From: an uncultured Thermoleophilaceae bacterium
GTDB taxonomy: Bacteria; Actinomycetota; Thermoleophilia; Solirubrobacterales; Thermoleophilaceae
DNA length: 64,000 bases
Assembly: GCA_963761505.1 (NCBI GenBank)
Contig: CAVXGW010000014.1
Location: 94,449-158,448 of the forward strand
Direction of reading: 5' to 3'
In this document: positions 26,899 to 35,049 of the stretch, piece after piece
Layout: the number at the start of each line of letters is the position of its first letter
How positions within the stretch are numbered: the stretch's first letter is position 1
Position numbers and translations under genes: made by a program
Notes under the pieces: model-generated
What the model was told of the DNA's origin: nothing
Database searches by the model: none
Seen by the model: the letters and a program-made list of their open reading frames with translations, nothing else

Positions 26899-27861
26899 GT
26901 GATCGTCGCGGGCGAGCGCGGCGCCCGCCCCGGCGCGTTCATCGGATCGGCGGCGGACACGGAGGTCGACCCCGAGTCCGACCCGTTCCTCGAGGGCCAC
27001 GAGGACCGCACCCCGCCCGAGGTGTACGCCCTTCGGCCCAACGGCGGCGCGCCCGACTCGCCCGGCTGGCGGGTGCGGGTGGTGCCCAACATGTATCCCG
27101 CGCTGGCCGCGGGCGACGCCGCCACGGACGACCCGCTCGCGTCCGGGTGGGGCGAGCCGGAGCTGTTCGCCGCGCGCCCCGCAGCGGGAGCCCACGAGGT
27201 CGTGATCAACGGGCCGGAGCCGGTCGGCTCGCTGCTCGACCTGGGGGTGGACGGGCTGGCCACGGCGATGGGCGTGTGGCGCGAGCGCATCCGCGCGCAC
27301 TCCACGGCACGCTACGTGCACGTGATCGTGAACGAGGGCAAGGCCGCCGGCGCCTCGCTTCCGCACACCCACGCGCAGGTCTACGCGCTCCCGTTGGTGC
27401 CCGCGGCGGTCGCTCGCGAGCGCGAGCGCTTCACCGCCTACCACGACCGGACGGAGGGCCGGAACCTGCTCGGCGACGTGGTGCAGGAGGAGGTGAAGCG
27501 CCGCGAGCGGCTGGTTGCGGTGGACTCGGAGGGGGTGGCGATCTGCCCCTTCGCCGCGATGGTCCCGTTCCACGTGCAGATCGTGCCGCGCACGCCGACC
27601 GCCCGGTTCGAGGACGACGGGCCGCTGTGCGCGGCGCTTCTCCACGACGTGCTGCGGCGCCTGGCCGCCGAGCTCGGCGGCGTGCCGCCGCTGAACCTCT
27701 GGGTGCGCACGGCGCCGCACGACGCCGAGACGTTCTGCTGGCGGATCGACCTGCTCCCCCGGCTGGCCCATCCGGCCGGGCTGGAGATGGGAGCGGGAAT
27801 CCAGCTCTGCGTGCTCGCGCCCGAGGTGGCGGCCGAGCGGCTGCGCGCGCATCCGCTGTAG
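26899..27861 (+). CDS. Galactose-1-phosphate uridylyltransferase family (GalT / HIT superfamily) protein (first canonical start; homology extends upstream to about 26872)
   Basis: VVPNMYPAL, HEVVINGPEP, NEGKAAGASLPHTHAQVYALP (HxHxQ), two half-barrel repeats. The in-frame codons RIIDPLSGLR precede GTG 26899. Confidence 0.8.
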   Translation: MIVAGERGARPGAFIGSAADTEVDPESDPFLEGHEDRTPPEVYALRPNGGAPDSPGWRVRVVPNMYPALAAGDAATDDPLASGWGEPELFAARPAAGAHEVVINGPEPVGSLLDLGVDGLATAMGVWRERIRAHSTARYVHVIVNEGKAAGASLPHTHAQVYALPLVPAAVARERERFTAYHDRTEGRNLLGDVVQEEVKRRERLVAVDSEGVAICPFAAMVPFHVQIVPRTPTARFEDDGPLCAALLHDVLRRLAAELGGVPPLNLWVRTAPHDAETFCWRIDLLPRLAHPAGLEMGAGIQLCVLAPEVAAERLRAHPL

Positions 27862-27873
27862 GTTCTCGCGCCG

Positions 27874-28485
27874 ATGCCGCCCTCCGAGCGACCGATCGCG
27901 ATGTTTGCCGCCGAGCCTCCCCAGGAGCCGCTGCCCTACGGGCGCTGGGGCGAGGCCCTGGCCGAGCACTTCCTCGCCAAGGCGGCCGCGATCGACAGCG
28001 AGGAGAACCTGGGCGAGCCGGGCGAGATCACCTGGTTCCCCGACCGCACGTGGAGCGGGCGCACCTACGTGCCGGCCACCTCGATCACGTCGGAGGGCTT
28101 CGAGCTGTTCGGCTACGTGTCCTACACGCGCGAGCACGAGGGCGCGCAGGCGGAGACCTTCGAGGCGGCAGTCGACTACACCGACGAGACGGCCGAGGCC
28201 AATCCCGACTGGACCCTCGACCTCTCCGACCAGGAGATCGGCCACTGGCGCGGGCCCGAGGGCCGGCGCGGGACGGTGTCGCTCGTGTGGGGCGTGGCGC
28301 TGGTGGGCAACGGCGCCGTGGCCACCACCGAGCTCGGCCCCACCACCACCGACCAGTGCACGCTCGTGGACGACCGCTTCACGCTCGTCTCGCTGGACGA
28401 CTACACGGGCGACTACGTGGAGGTGCGCCTGTACGGCCAGCGCGGCGCCGAGCTGGCGAGCGAGTCGCTCTACGAGGAGGACTGA
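27874..28485 (+). CDS. Hypothetical acidic protein
   Basis: 203-aa ORF with plausible composition and no recognised motifs. It follows the GalT-like gene by 12 nt. Confidence 0.5.
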   Translation: MPPSERPIAMFAAEPPQEPLPYGRWGEALAEHFLAKAAAIDSEENLGEPGEITWFPDRTWSGRTYVPATSITSEGFELFGYVSYTREHEGAQAETFEAAVDYTDETAEANPDWTLDLSDQEIGHWRGPEGRRGTVSLVWGVALVGNGAVATTELGPTTTDQCTLVDDRFTLVSLDDYTGDYVEVRLYGQRGAELASESLYEED

Positions 28486-28515
28486 GAGACGCGGCCCGGG
28501 TTACCCTCCCGGCAG

Positions 28516-28589
<74 letters not shown>

Positions 28590-28632
28590 CTTGTCGAGAA
28601 GGGGCGTCGGCCTGACGGTCAGCTAGTGGGGG

Positions 28633-30633
28633 TCAGCGCCTGACGATTCGGAACCGCTTGCGCGCGATCCGCGACCGGTTCCCGGCGGTGTCGACGGCTC
28701 GCGCCCGCAGGCGGTAGCTGCCGGGGCGCAGCTTCCTGCGTCGCAGGCGGCCGGTGAAGCGGAAGCGGTTCGCTCCGGCCTTGCCGGCGCGCCTGAAGCT
28801 GCCGCGCAGCGTGACGTAGCGCCTGCACGGCCGGCGGCTGCGATTGCGCCGCGTCTGCGGTCGGCAGCGGCGACCGACGCGGCGCCCCTTGGCCGCCCGC
28901 TCGACCCGGAAGGTCACCGTGGCCCGCTCGGAGAGCCTGTAGCTGACCCGCGCTCCGGAACGCCGGCGTCGCTGCGTGATGCTTCCGCCTCTCGCTGCCG
29001 CCCGGAACGCCGCCGGGGAGATCCGGAACCTGCGACATGACGGCGGCAGTCGTGTCGCGAGTGGTGAAGGTGCCGGTTGGCCCGAACACCCGCGGTGCGG
29101 GCACGCCTGCGATCGCGAACGGGCGGAACTGGTAGCGCCTCGCCTGGCTCAAGCCGCCGGCCTGTTGGCTGATCGTGACGCGATCGGTACCTGCCGGTGC
29201 GACCGACGTCGCCGTTGCGCGCTCGAGGGCCGCTCCGAACTGGAAGCCGATGGGGTAGGGGATGCCGAAGGTGAGCACGTCGACGTTGAGCGTGGCCGAA
29301 GTGGAGGACGGGGATTGCCGTCAGCCGCGAGAACTCGGGCTCGAGCCGCGAGACGCGGGCGTCCGTGTTGGTTGCGCCAGGCTCCTCCTGCCAGGAGACG
29401 AACGGGACGCCGCCGGTCTCGCCGATGCTCGGCTCCTGCACGGCGGAGCCCGGAGCCTCGTTGATCGGGCTCGCGCCGCCCACCGGCTGCTGCCAGGTGG
29501 AGCTGCCGACGAGTCGCGCCACGCGGATCTCCGACCCGGTGTCGGGCGCCGTCGAGACGTTCTCGTCCCAGGCCACGTAGGGCACGGCGCCGATCTGGCT
29601 CAGGCTCGGATCGAACGCATCACGTTGCCGGAGGCGTTGATCCCGCCGTAGGTGGCGGACTGGCCCGTCCACGGCTGCACCCAAGTGGCCCCGCTGAGGC
29701 GAGCCACACGGATCTCCTGGTTGCCCGGGTCGGTTCCGGGTCCCGCTCCTCCCAGGCCACGAAAGGGACGCCGTTGATGGAGGCGAGCGTCGGGGAGGTG
29801 CCCTGCTTGGTGGGGGACGTGTTGACTCCGCCGTAGGTGGCGACTGCGCCCGTCCACGGCTGGACCCACGTGGTGCCGCCGTCGAGCCGGGCCACGCGGA
29901 TCTCCGGGTTCGTGCCGTCGCTCTCGAACCAGGTCACGTACGGCACCCCGCCGACCCCGGCCACCACGGCTTCATTGCCGTCCTGGGTGGTGGACTGGTT
30001 GATCCCGCCGGAGGTGGCGCTGGCGCCGGTCCACGGCTGCTCCCACGCCGTGCCGGCGGCGTTCAGGCGCGCCACGCGAACCTCGCGGTTCGTGCCGTCA
30101 TCCTCCTCCCAGGCGACGTACGGCACGCCGCCGACGGACGCCAGGCTCACTCTGTTCGCGGTTTGGGTCGTCGACTGGTTGATGCCGCCGGAGGTGGCGC
30201 TGACGCCGGTCCACGGCTGCTCCCAGCCTGTTCCGGCGGCGTTCAGGCGCGCGACGCGGATCTCGGTGTTGCCTCCGTCGCTCTCGTGCCAGGCGACGTA
30301 CGGAACGCCGCCGATCGAGGCGAGGCTCGGCTCGGAGCCGCTGAGCGTGGTGGACTGGTTGATCCCCCCGGAGGTGGCGCTGACGCCGATCCAGGGCTCC
30401 TCCCAGGCTGTCCCGGCGCTATTGAGACGGGCGACGCGGACCTCGTTGTTGGTGCCGTCCTGCTCGTGCCAGGCCACGTACGGCCGCCCGCCGACCGTCG
30501 CGAAGCTCGGGCTCGATCCGTCCTGCGCGCTCACGTTGTCGAGGATGCCGGCCGGCTGGTTCCAGGCGGCGCTCGCGCTGCTCGGAAGGGCGAGCAGGAT
30601 GAACACTGCCGCGCTGGCCCACGCCCGGCTCAT
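28633..30633 (-). pseudogene. Secreted 7-blade-type tandem-repeat (about 60 aa) propeller protein with an Arg/Cys-rich C-terminal module; at least 4 frame disruptions (about 29746, 29622, 29310, 29020)
   Basis: Signal peptide MSRAWASAAVFILLALPSSASA. Seven copies of GGVPYVAWxExDGxNxEIRVARLNxAGTxWEQPWTGxSATSGGINQSTT. Then a linker and ISPAAFRAA...VSYRLSERATVTFRVERAAKGRRVGRRC...PGSYRLRARAVDTAGNRS..FRIVRR. The pieces lie in ORFs 29620..30633, 29600..29869, 28914..29684, 28619..29278 and 28633..28917. Confidence 0.75.
29380..30500 (-). repeat. Coding tandem repeats, about 180 bp unit, about 7 copies (propeller blades)
   Basis: Near-identical DNA blocks, e.g. ccgccggaggtggcgctg(a/g)cgccggtccacggctgctcccac recurring around 30005, 30185 and 30365. 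Confidence 0.8.
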
Positions 30634-30847
30634 CTTGGCGCGAGTCTAGTGCACTCGTGCGCTCGCGGCCCGGTGAGCTCGGGGCGCTGGGTGAGTGACC
30701 GCGCACAGGTGGTGGCAGAGGCTGAAGCTCGAGCGACCCGCCGGTCTATGCCGCGGTCTGAGCTCGGACTGGAGCGAGACCAAGGCCGCCCAGCTGAGCC
30801 CAGGCGCCAGCGGTGCGAGACGCCGGTGCGTTTCAGCCGCCAGCGCA

Positions 30848-30884
30848 TCTAGACGATTAGACGTCTAGACGTGTAGACCTAGAG
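30848..30884. repeat. CTAG-rich tandem 8-bp iterons TAGACGNN (4-5 copies), including the 12-bp palindrome ACGTCTAGACGT
   Basis: tcTAGACGatTAGACGtcTAGACGtgTAGACCTAGAG, with TAGAC at 30850, 30858, 30866 and 30874. Three CTAG in 35 bp, whereas elsewhere CTAG is almost confined to stop codons. Confidence 0.8.
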
Positions 30885-31106
30885 CAGAGCCTTGCTGGCG
30901 GCGCTGACCGGACCAGTTACAGCAAGGAGGCAGACGTTTCGCCTGCGACCGCGAGTGCCGACTTCCGTCGGCTCGTCGACTCGGGGGTTGTGGAGCAGCG
31001 CGGCCGAGGAAGGAACATCCGCTACCACGCAAGCAAGAGCCTGCGCGCCGATGTCGCCGCTTCGCTCGAAGCTCTACGGGCGAAGTCCCGCGTGCCCACG
31101 AGCTGA
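30861..31106 (+). pseudogene. 5'-truncated gene fragment encoding a C-terminal winged-helix DNA-binding domain (as found at the C-terminus of Fic/DOC or ATPase-type regulators)
   Basis: The frame opens right after TAG at 30858 with no start codon. SYSKEADVSPATASADFRRLVDSGVVEQRGRGRNIRYHAS resembles the ...S..TA.RDL..LV..G.L...G.GR...Y wHTH pattern. TGA at 31104-31106. Confidence 0.5.
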
Positions 31107-31272
31107 GAACCGTCGCGCCGCCCGCTCCCAACGCGCAGGTACCAAACGGGTACGCGAGCCAGAGAAACGCCGGCTACGCGACGAACACCGCTCGGTCGCA
31201 GAACGCCGCCGTGTGCAGGACTTCGCTGCCCGCCGGCACCCTCGCCTACCCTTCCGTCCCGCCCCCTCGGAG

Positions 31273-31315
31273 CCCTCCTAAGGAGTAGGCCGCAGGTTCG
31301 AATCCTGCTCGGGGC
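31273..31315 (+). repeat. 43-bp perfect copy of tRNA-Arg(CCT) positions 28546-28588, from the anticodon stem to the acceptor 3' end (attR-like)
   Basis: ccctcctaaggagtaggccgcaggttcgaatcctgctcggggc is identical at both sites; compared base by base. Confidence 0.95.
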
Positions 31316-31764
31316 ACCTGGCGAGTAGCGGAGGGAGCGGCCACACCTCCTCCATTCGGCCCTGGCGTGGCATGCGGATCGCTCACCGACATGAGCAGCA
31401 CCGCCAGACCCGGCTGAGCCCAAGTCAGCTCAGCCGCCAGCTCGAACCCGCGCCCGTCCGGAAGCCGCGCACATCTATGAGCAACGCGTGGGGCAGCGGC
31501 GCCGGCGTCCGCGTCGACCAACCGGCAACCGGTATGGCGGCAGACCAGGTCTTGCAGCGCGGCCGTCCAGCCCACTGCGGTCACATGCCTCCCGCGCGGG
31601 GAGTTCATCGTCACGTTCCATCGGCGGCTCAGCAGGCGGCGCGGCGCCGGGCGGACCTGAACGCGGCCGCGGGCCAGAGCCCGCAGTTCGCCGGCGAGCT
31701 CTACGGCTTGGCGCAGGCTCGATGCTTCGAACTGGACACGGAGTTGATCCGGCGCGGCTGGCAC
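31316..31764 (-). pseudogene. ORF with a degenerate response-regulator receiver-like segment, running into the att repeat
   Basis: ARLPDGRGFELAAELTWAQPGLAVLLMSVSDP resembles the D-loop/alpha3-beta4 region of receiver domains. The phospho-acceptor acidic residues upstream are not recognisable. The reading frame continues through the tRNA-derived repeat. Confidence 0.3.
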
Positions 31765-31869
31765 ATGACCGAAAGGTTGCTGGCGCGTGCGGGCGCCGCC
31801 ATACCGCAGTTGGGGGATTCGGCGAGCGTCTGCGGTGGGCCCTCGCCGAAGAAGCTCCGGGGCACTCCG

Positions 31870-32268
31870 TCAGCCGCCCCACCCCTTGGCCCAGGCCTCC
31901 GCGTCGGGCTTGTTCTCGAAGCGGGCGACCTTCCCGTCCTTCATGTCCGAGACGTGCTCGAACGAAGCGTCCAGGTCGGCGCCGCTCGTGTGCCGGCCCT
32001 TGAAGCGCCCGGTGACGATCACCTTGCCGTCCTCGTCCCTGAACTCGTCTGTCTCGACCGAGAAGCTCTCGCCGAAGTTCTCCGGCACCTTGCCGAAAAC
32101 ATCCTGCTGGACTTGGTCGGTGCCGTTGAACGTGCCCGAGGGAGCGTTGCCGCCCCCGGGCTCGATCCACTCGATATCGGCCTGATAGGTCTCCAAGACC
32201 GCCGGAATGTCGCCACGGTTGAACGCCTCGTAGCCGCTGCGAACCGTCTGGATGTCTTGCTCTGACAT
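31870..32268 (-). CDS. SnoaL/NTF2-like (ketosteroid isomerase-like) protein
   Basis: MSEQDIQTVRSGYEAFNRGDIPAVLETYQADIEWIEP ... KVIVTGRFKGRHTSG ... MKDGKVARFENKPD. Confidence 0.75.
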   Translation of the reverse strand: MSEQDIQTVRSGYEAFNRGDIPAVLETYQADIEWIEPGGGNAPSGTFNGTDQVQQDVFGKVPENFGESFSVETDEFRDEDGKVIVTGRFKGRHTSGADLDASFEHVSDMKDGKVARFENKPDAEAWAKGWGG

Positions 32269-32303
32269 GACTGCCCCTTCACCTGTTGTGTTGGTTTGCG
32301 TTC

Positions 32304-33164
32304 CTAGGCCCGTCCCGCCCCCAGCAGCGCCACGTTGGTCAGCGTGAGCGTTCCGTCGTCGCTCGCCCGCTCCGCGATCGCGTCCTCGATCGCCTTCCAG
32401 GTCGCGTCCTGGACGTCCTGCGGATGGGGCGCGATCATCGCCGTGATCGGCGGTGCGATCTCGCGGATGAACTGGACGAAGCCCGCGGCGGACTCGTACT
32501 CCAGGACCACCTCCGTCTCCTCCACCTCGATGTCCGAGAACCCGCCTCCCTCGAGCGTTCCGCTGAGCGCCTCCGGCGTGGGACGCGACAGCGGGCCCGG
32601 GGTTCCGGGCGGGGGCGGCGGCACGTCCAGCTCTCGCATCGCCGTGCGCATCGGCACGCCGAGCATCGGCACCTGGTCGGGCGTGCCCCACGACGACACG
32701 GCCATCCGGGAGCCGGGCTTCAGGAAGCCCCTGATCCGGTTCAGCGAGGCCTCGGCCTCGGGCTCGAAGATCACGCCCCAGCGCGAGACGGCGGCGTCGA
32801 AGCTGTGCTCCGGGAAGTCGAGCGAGGCGGCGTCGCTCTCCACGAACTCGATGTTCTCGATACCGGCGTCGGCCGCGCGCTTGCGCGCGTAGTCGAGCAT
32901 CACCGCGGCGATGTCGGTCGCCACGACGCCACCGTCTGGACCCGCCCTGCGCGCAGCCGGCAGCGACGGCTCGCCGTAACCCGCGGCCACGTCAAGGACC
33001 CGGCTGCCGGGCTCCACCCCGGCCAGGTCCACCAGGCGGTCGCTGACCCCGCCCGCGCCGGCGTCGATCAGGGCCGACCACTTGTCCCAGCCGGCCGCAG
33101 CCTTGTTCCACTGCTCGCGCTGGCCGTCGCGAAACTCGACGGCATCGATGCTCTGCGTTTCCAC
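32304..33164 (-). CDS. Class I SAM-dependent methyltransferase
   Basis: SAM motif I RVLDVAAGYGEP, ATDIAAVML, FDAAVSRWGVIF, LKPGSRMAVSSW. GTG start 33164 with a GGAGGG RBS. Confidence 0.8.
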   Translation of the reverse strand: METQSIDAVEFRDGQREQWNKAAAGWDKWSALIDAGAGGVSDRLVDLAGVEPGSRVLDVAAGYGEPSLPAARRAGPDGGVVATDIAAVMLDYARKRAADAGIENIEFVESDAASLDFPEHSFDAAVSRWGVIFEPEAEASLNRIRGFLKPGSRMAVSSWGTPDQVPMLGVPMRTAMRELDVPPPPPGTPGPLSRPTPEALSGTLEGGGFSDIEVEETEVVLEYESAAGFVQFIREIAPPITAMIAPHPQDVQDATWKAIEDAIAERASDDGTLTLTNVALLGAGRA

Positions 33165-33197
33165 GGTTTCCCTCCGTGACGTTGACTTGAAGACGCT

Positions 33198-33806
33198 ATG
33201 CGATTCAGACCCGCCCGTAAACTCGCCGCGCCCTTGCGACTCGGCCCCCTTCTGATCGCGCCCGTGCTCGCCGGGCTCGTTGCCTGTGGCGGCGGCGACT
33301 CGGCCGGCGGCCCGGAGGAAAGGGCCGCCAAGCCCGCCACCCCGCCCGCCGGCTGGCGCACCGTGCGAAACGAGGCAGCCGGGTTCACGATCGCCGCGCC
33401 GCGCAGCTGGCGGGCCGCCACCAAGCGCGGGGCCACGCTGATCACCTCGAGGAGCGGTCTGGTGGCGGTCACCGTCGCGGCGGACCGCAGCCGCGCCGGG
33501 AAGGAGGCCGGACCGGGCTCCTACGCGCGGGACGTGATCGCCGCCCTGCCGGGGTTCGAGGGAGCGGTGTCGGTGAGGGACTCGCGGATCGCGGGATCCC
33601 CCTACGAGACGGCGGTGGCCCAGGGGTCGGGCACGGTGAAGACGAGCGGGGAGCCTCAGCGGATCGAGGTCGCGGCCTTCCACCGGCCCGGGCTCGTGAC
33701 CTACAGCGCGGTGATCTTCCGCAACGCCCGCGCGCGGCCGGTGCCCGGGCGGCCCACGGTCGCCCGGATGCTGCGCACCTTCCGCGCGCAGCCCCCCGCC
33801 GGCTGA
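33198..33806 (+). CDS. Lipoprotein, function unknown
   Basis: Lipobox LAGLVACGGG; 202 aa. Confidence 0.55.
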   Translation: MRFRPARKLAAPLRLGPLLIAPVLAGLVACGGGDSAGGPEERAAKPATPPAGWRTVRNEAAGFTIAAPRSWRAATKRGATLITSRSGLVAVTVAADRSRAGKEAGPGSYARDVIAALPGFEGAVSVRDSRIAGSPYETAVAQGSGTVKTSGEPQRIEVAAFHRPGLVTYSAVIFRNARARPVPGRPTVARMLRTFRAQPPAG

Positions 33807-33809
33807 TCC

Positions 33810-34373
33810 CTAGCCGCGGTCCGGGCGGTCCGGGTAGAGCTCGTCGATCGTCGTGAGCGGCACGTAGGGAGCCTCGGCGGCAGCCTCGATCGCCTCGCCT
33901 CCGCCGGCCAGGCGGTCGAGCACGCTCACCACTCCCACCACCTCGAGCCCCTCCTCGCGAACACGCTCGATCGCCTTGATCGTCGAGCCGCCGGTGGTGA
34001 CCACATCCTCGGCGATCAGGCACCGCTCGCCCGGCTCGAGCGGCGGCCCCTCCACCCAGCGCTGCAGCCCGTGCGCCTTGCGGTCCTTCCGCACGAAGAA
34101 CGCCTTCACCTCCGCGCCGGCGGCCAGCGCCGCGCAGGCGACCGGATCCGCGCCCATCGTGAGCCCGCCGACGGCCGTCGCGCCCAGGCGCTCGGCCTCG
34201 GCGCGGACGAGCTCGCCGAGCGCGAGGAACCCGGCCGGGCGCAGGATGGCCCGCTTGGCGTCCACGTAGTAGTCGGCCTCGAGCCCGCTGGAGAGCGTCA
34301 CCTTCCCGATCACCAGCGCGTGCTCCCTGAGCTCGGTGATCAGTCTCTCCCTGGCGGGGGTAACGGTCTGCAC
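33810..34373 (-). CDS. pyrE: Orotate phosphoribosyltransferase
   Basis: LSSGLEADYYVDAKR, PRPP loop CLIAEDVVTTGGST; 187 aa. Confidence 0.9.
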   Translation of the reverse strand: MQTVTPARERLITELREHALVIGKVTLSSGLEADYYVDAKRAILRPAGFLALGELVRAEAERLGATAVGGLTMGADPVACAALAAGAEVKAFFVRKDRKAHGLQRWVEGPPLEPGERCLIAEDVVTTGGSTIKAIERVREEGLEVVGVVSVLDRLAGGGEAIEAAAEAPYVPLTTIDELYPDRPDRG

Positions 34374-34398
34374 GGCGGTTGCCGATAGTAGTCGGGCT

Positions 34399-34812
34399 AT
34401 GGCAAATCTCGTCCGCTACGCCGCCGCCGCCGCGGCGGCCCTCGTGGCCGCCAGCTTCCTGCTGTTCGCGGCGACGGAGCTTCGCGACAGCTCGCAGGGC
34501 CAGGTCGAGGGGATCGACGGGAGCCCCGCTTCGGCCTCGGTCGAGACCGGCATCCAGCGGCCGAACCCCGAGCCCGCCATCGAGCGGGTGCGGGAGGCCA
34601 ACCACTCGGACGTGCGTGAGTGGATCGACGACGCGAACGACGTTCTGGTGGCTCCCTTCACCGGATTCACGGATTTCGAGAGCGCCTGGGGCGAGCGGCT
34701 GGCCGCGCTGATCCTCGGGCTGGCCCTCTGGGGCGGCATCGGGCTTCTGCTGGCGAACTTCCTGCCCAAGCACCGCAACGACGCCAGCGACTGGCGCGAA
34801 GCGACGTCCTAG
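34399..34812 (+). CDS. Hypothetical membrane protein (N- and C-terminal TM segments)
   Basis: MANLVRYAAAAAAALVAASFLLFAATEL ... LAALILGLALWGGIGLLLANFL. Confidence 0.45.
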   Translation: MANLVRYAAAAAAALVAASFLLFAATELRDSSQGQVEGIDGSPASASVETGIQRPNPEPAIERVREANHSDVREWIDDANDVLVAPFTGFTDFESAWGERLAALILGLALWGGIGLLLANFLPKHRNDASDWREATS

Positions 34813-34874
34813 CCAACGCGCCCGTAAGCGCCCCTCGGACCGCAACTATCGCTACCGTGCTGCGTTCGCAGTAC

Positions 34875-35036
34875 GAATAACGCTTGTCAATTGCCGAGTT
34901 CCCGCGCCACGAGCGCGGGGAACGGGGGAACCACAGCGGCACCATGCCGCCGGGGCGAATCGTGGCCCGAGAGCCACGTAGCGCATCTTCCAGCGCGAGC
35001 CCGTCAGCTAACCCCGTAGGCCCGAAGGAAGAGGAG
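34875..35036 (+). ncRNA. Cyclic-di-AMP riboswitch (ydaO/yuaA class) leader of the M23 peptidase gene
   Basis: Matches blocks I recall from the B. subtilis ydaO element: AACGCTT..AAT, GAGCGCGGGGAAC, GGGGGAACCA, CCGCCGGGGCGAATC, CCCGAGAGCC, and especially AGCCCGTCAGCTAACCCCGTAGGCCCGAAGGAAGAGGAG (B. subtilis: AACCCGTCAGCTAACCTCGTAAGCGTTCGAAAGAGGAG). It ends 14 nt before the ATG. Confidence 0.85.
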
Positions 35037-35049
35037 CAGACGGGATCAC

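Larger units (their letters stand above)
28590..31315. mobile_element. Putative decayed, integrase-less integrated islet bounded by tRNA-Arg and a 43-bp copy of its 3' part
   Basis: Perfect direct repeat 28546-28588 = 31273-31315. The interior holds one secreted propeller gene, a CTAG-rich iteron array and a truncated wHTH gene fragment. No recombinase ORF was found in any frame. Confidence 0.45.

Noticed and set aside
28590-31315. A search for an integrase, excisionase, transposase or phage genes inside or next to the tRNA-flanked islet.
   Set aside because: I inspected all six frames by eye and found no R..H..R..Y-type recombinase, DDE or serine-recombinase pattern. The element is therefore reported as integrase-less or decayed rather than as a prophage or ICE.
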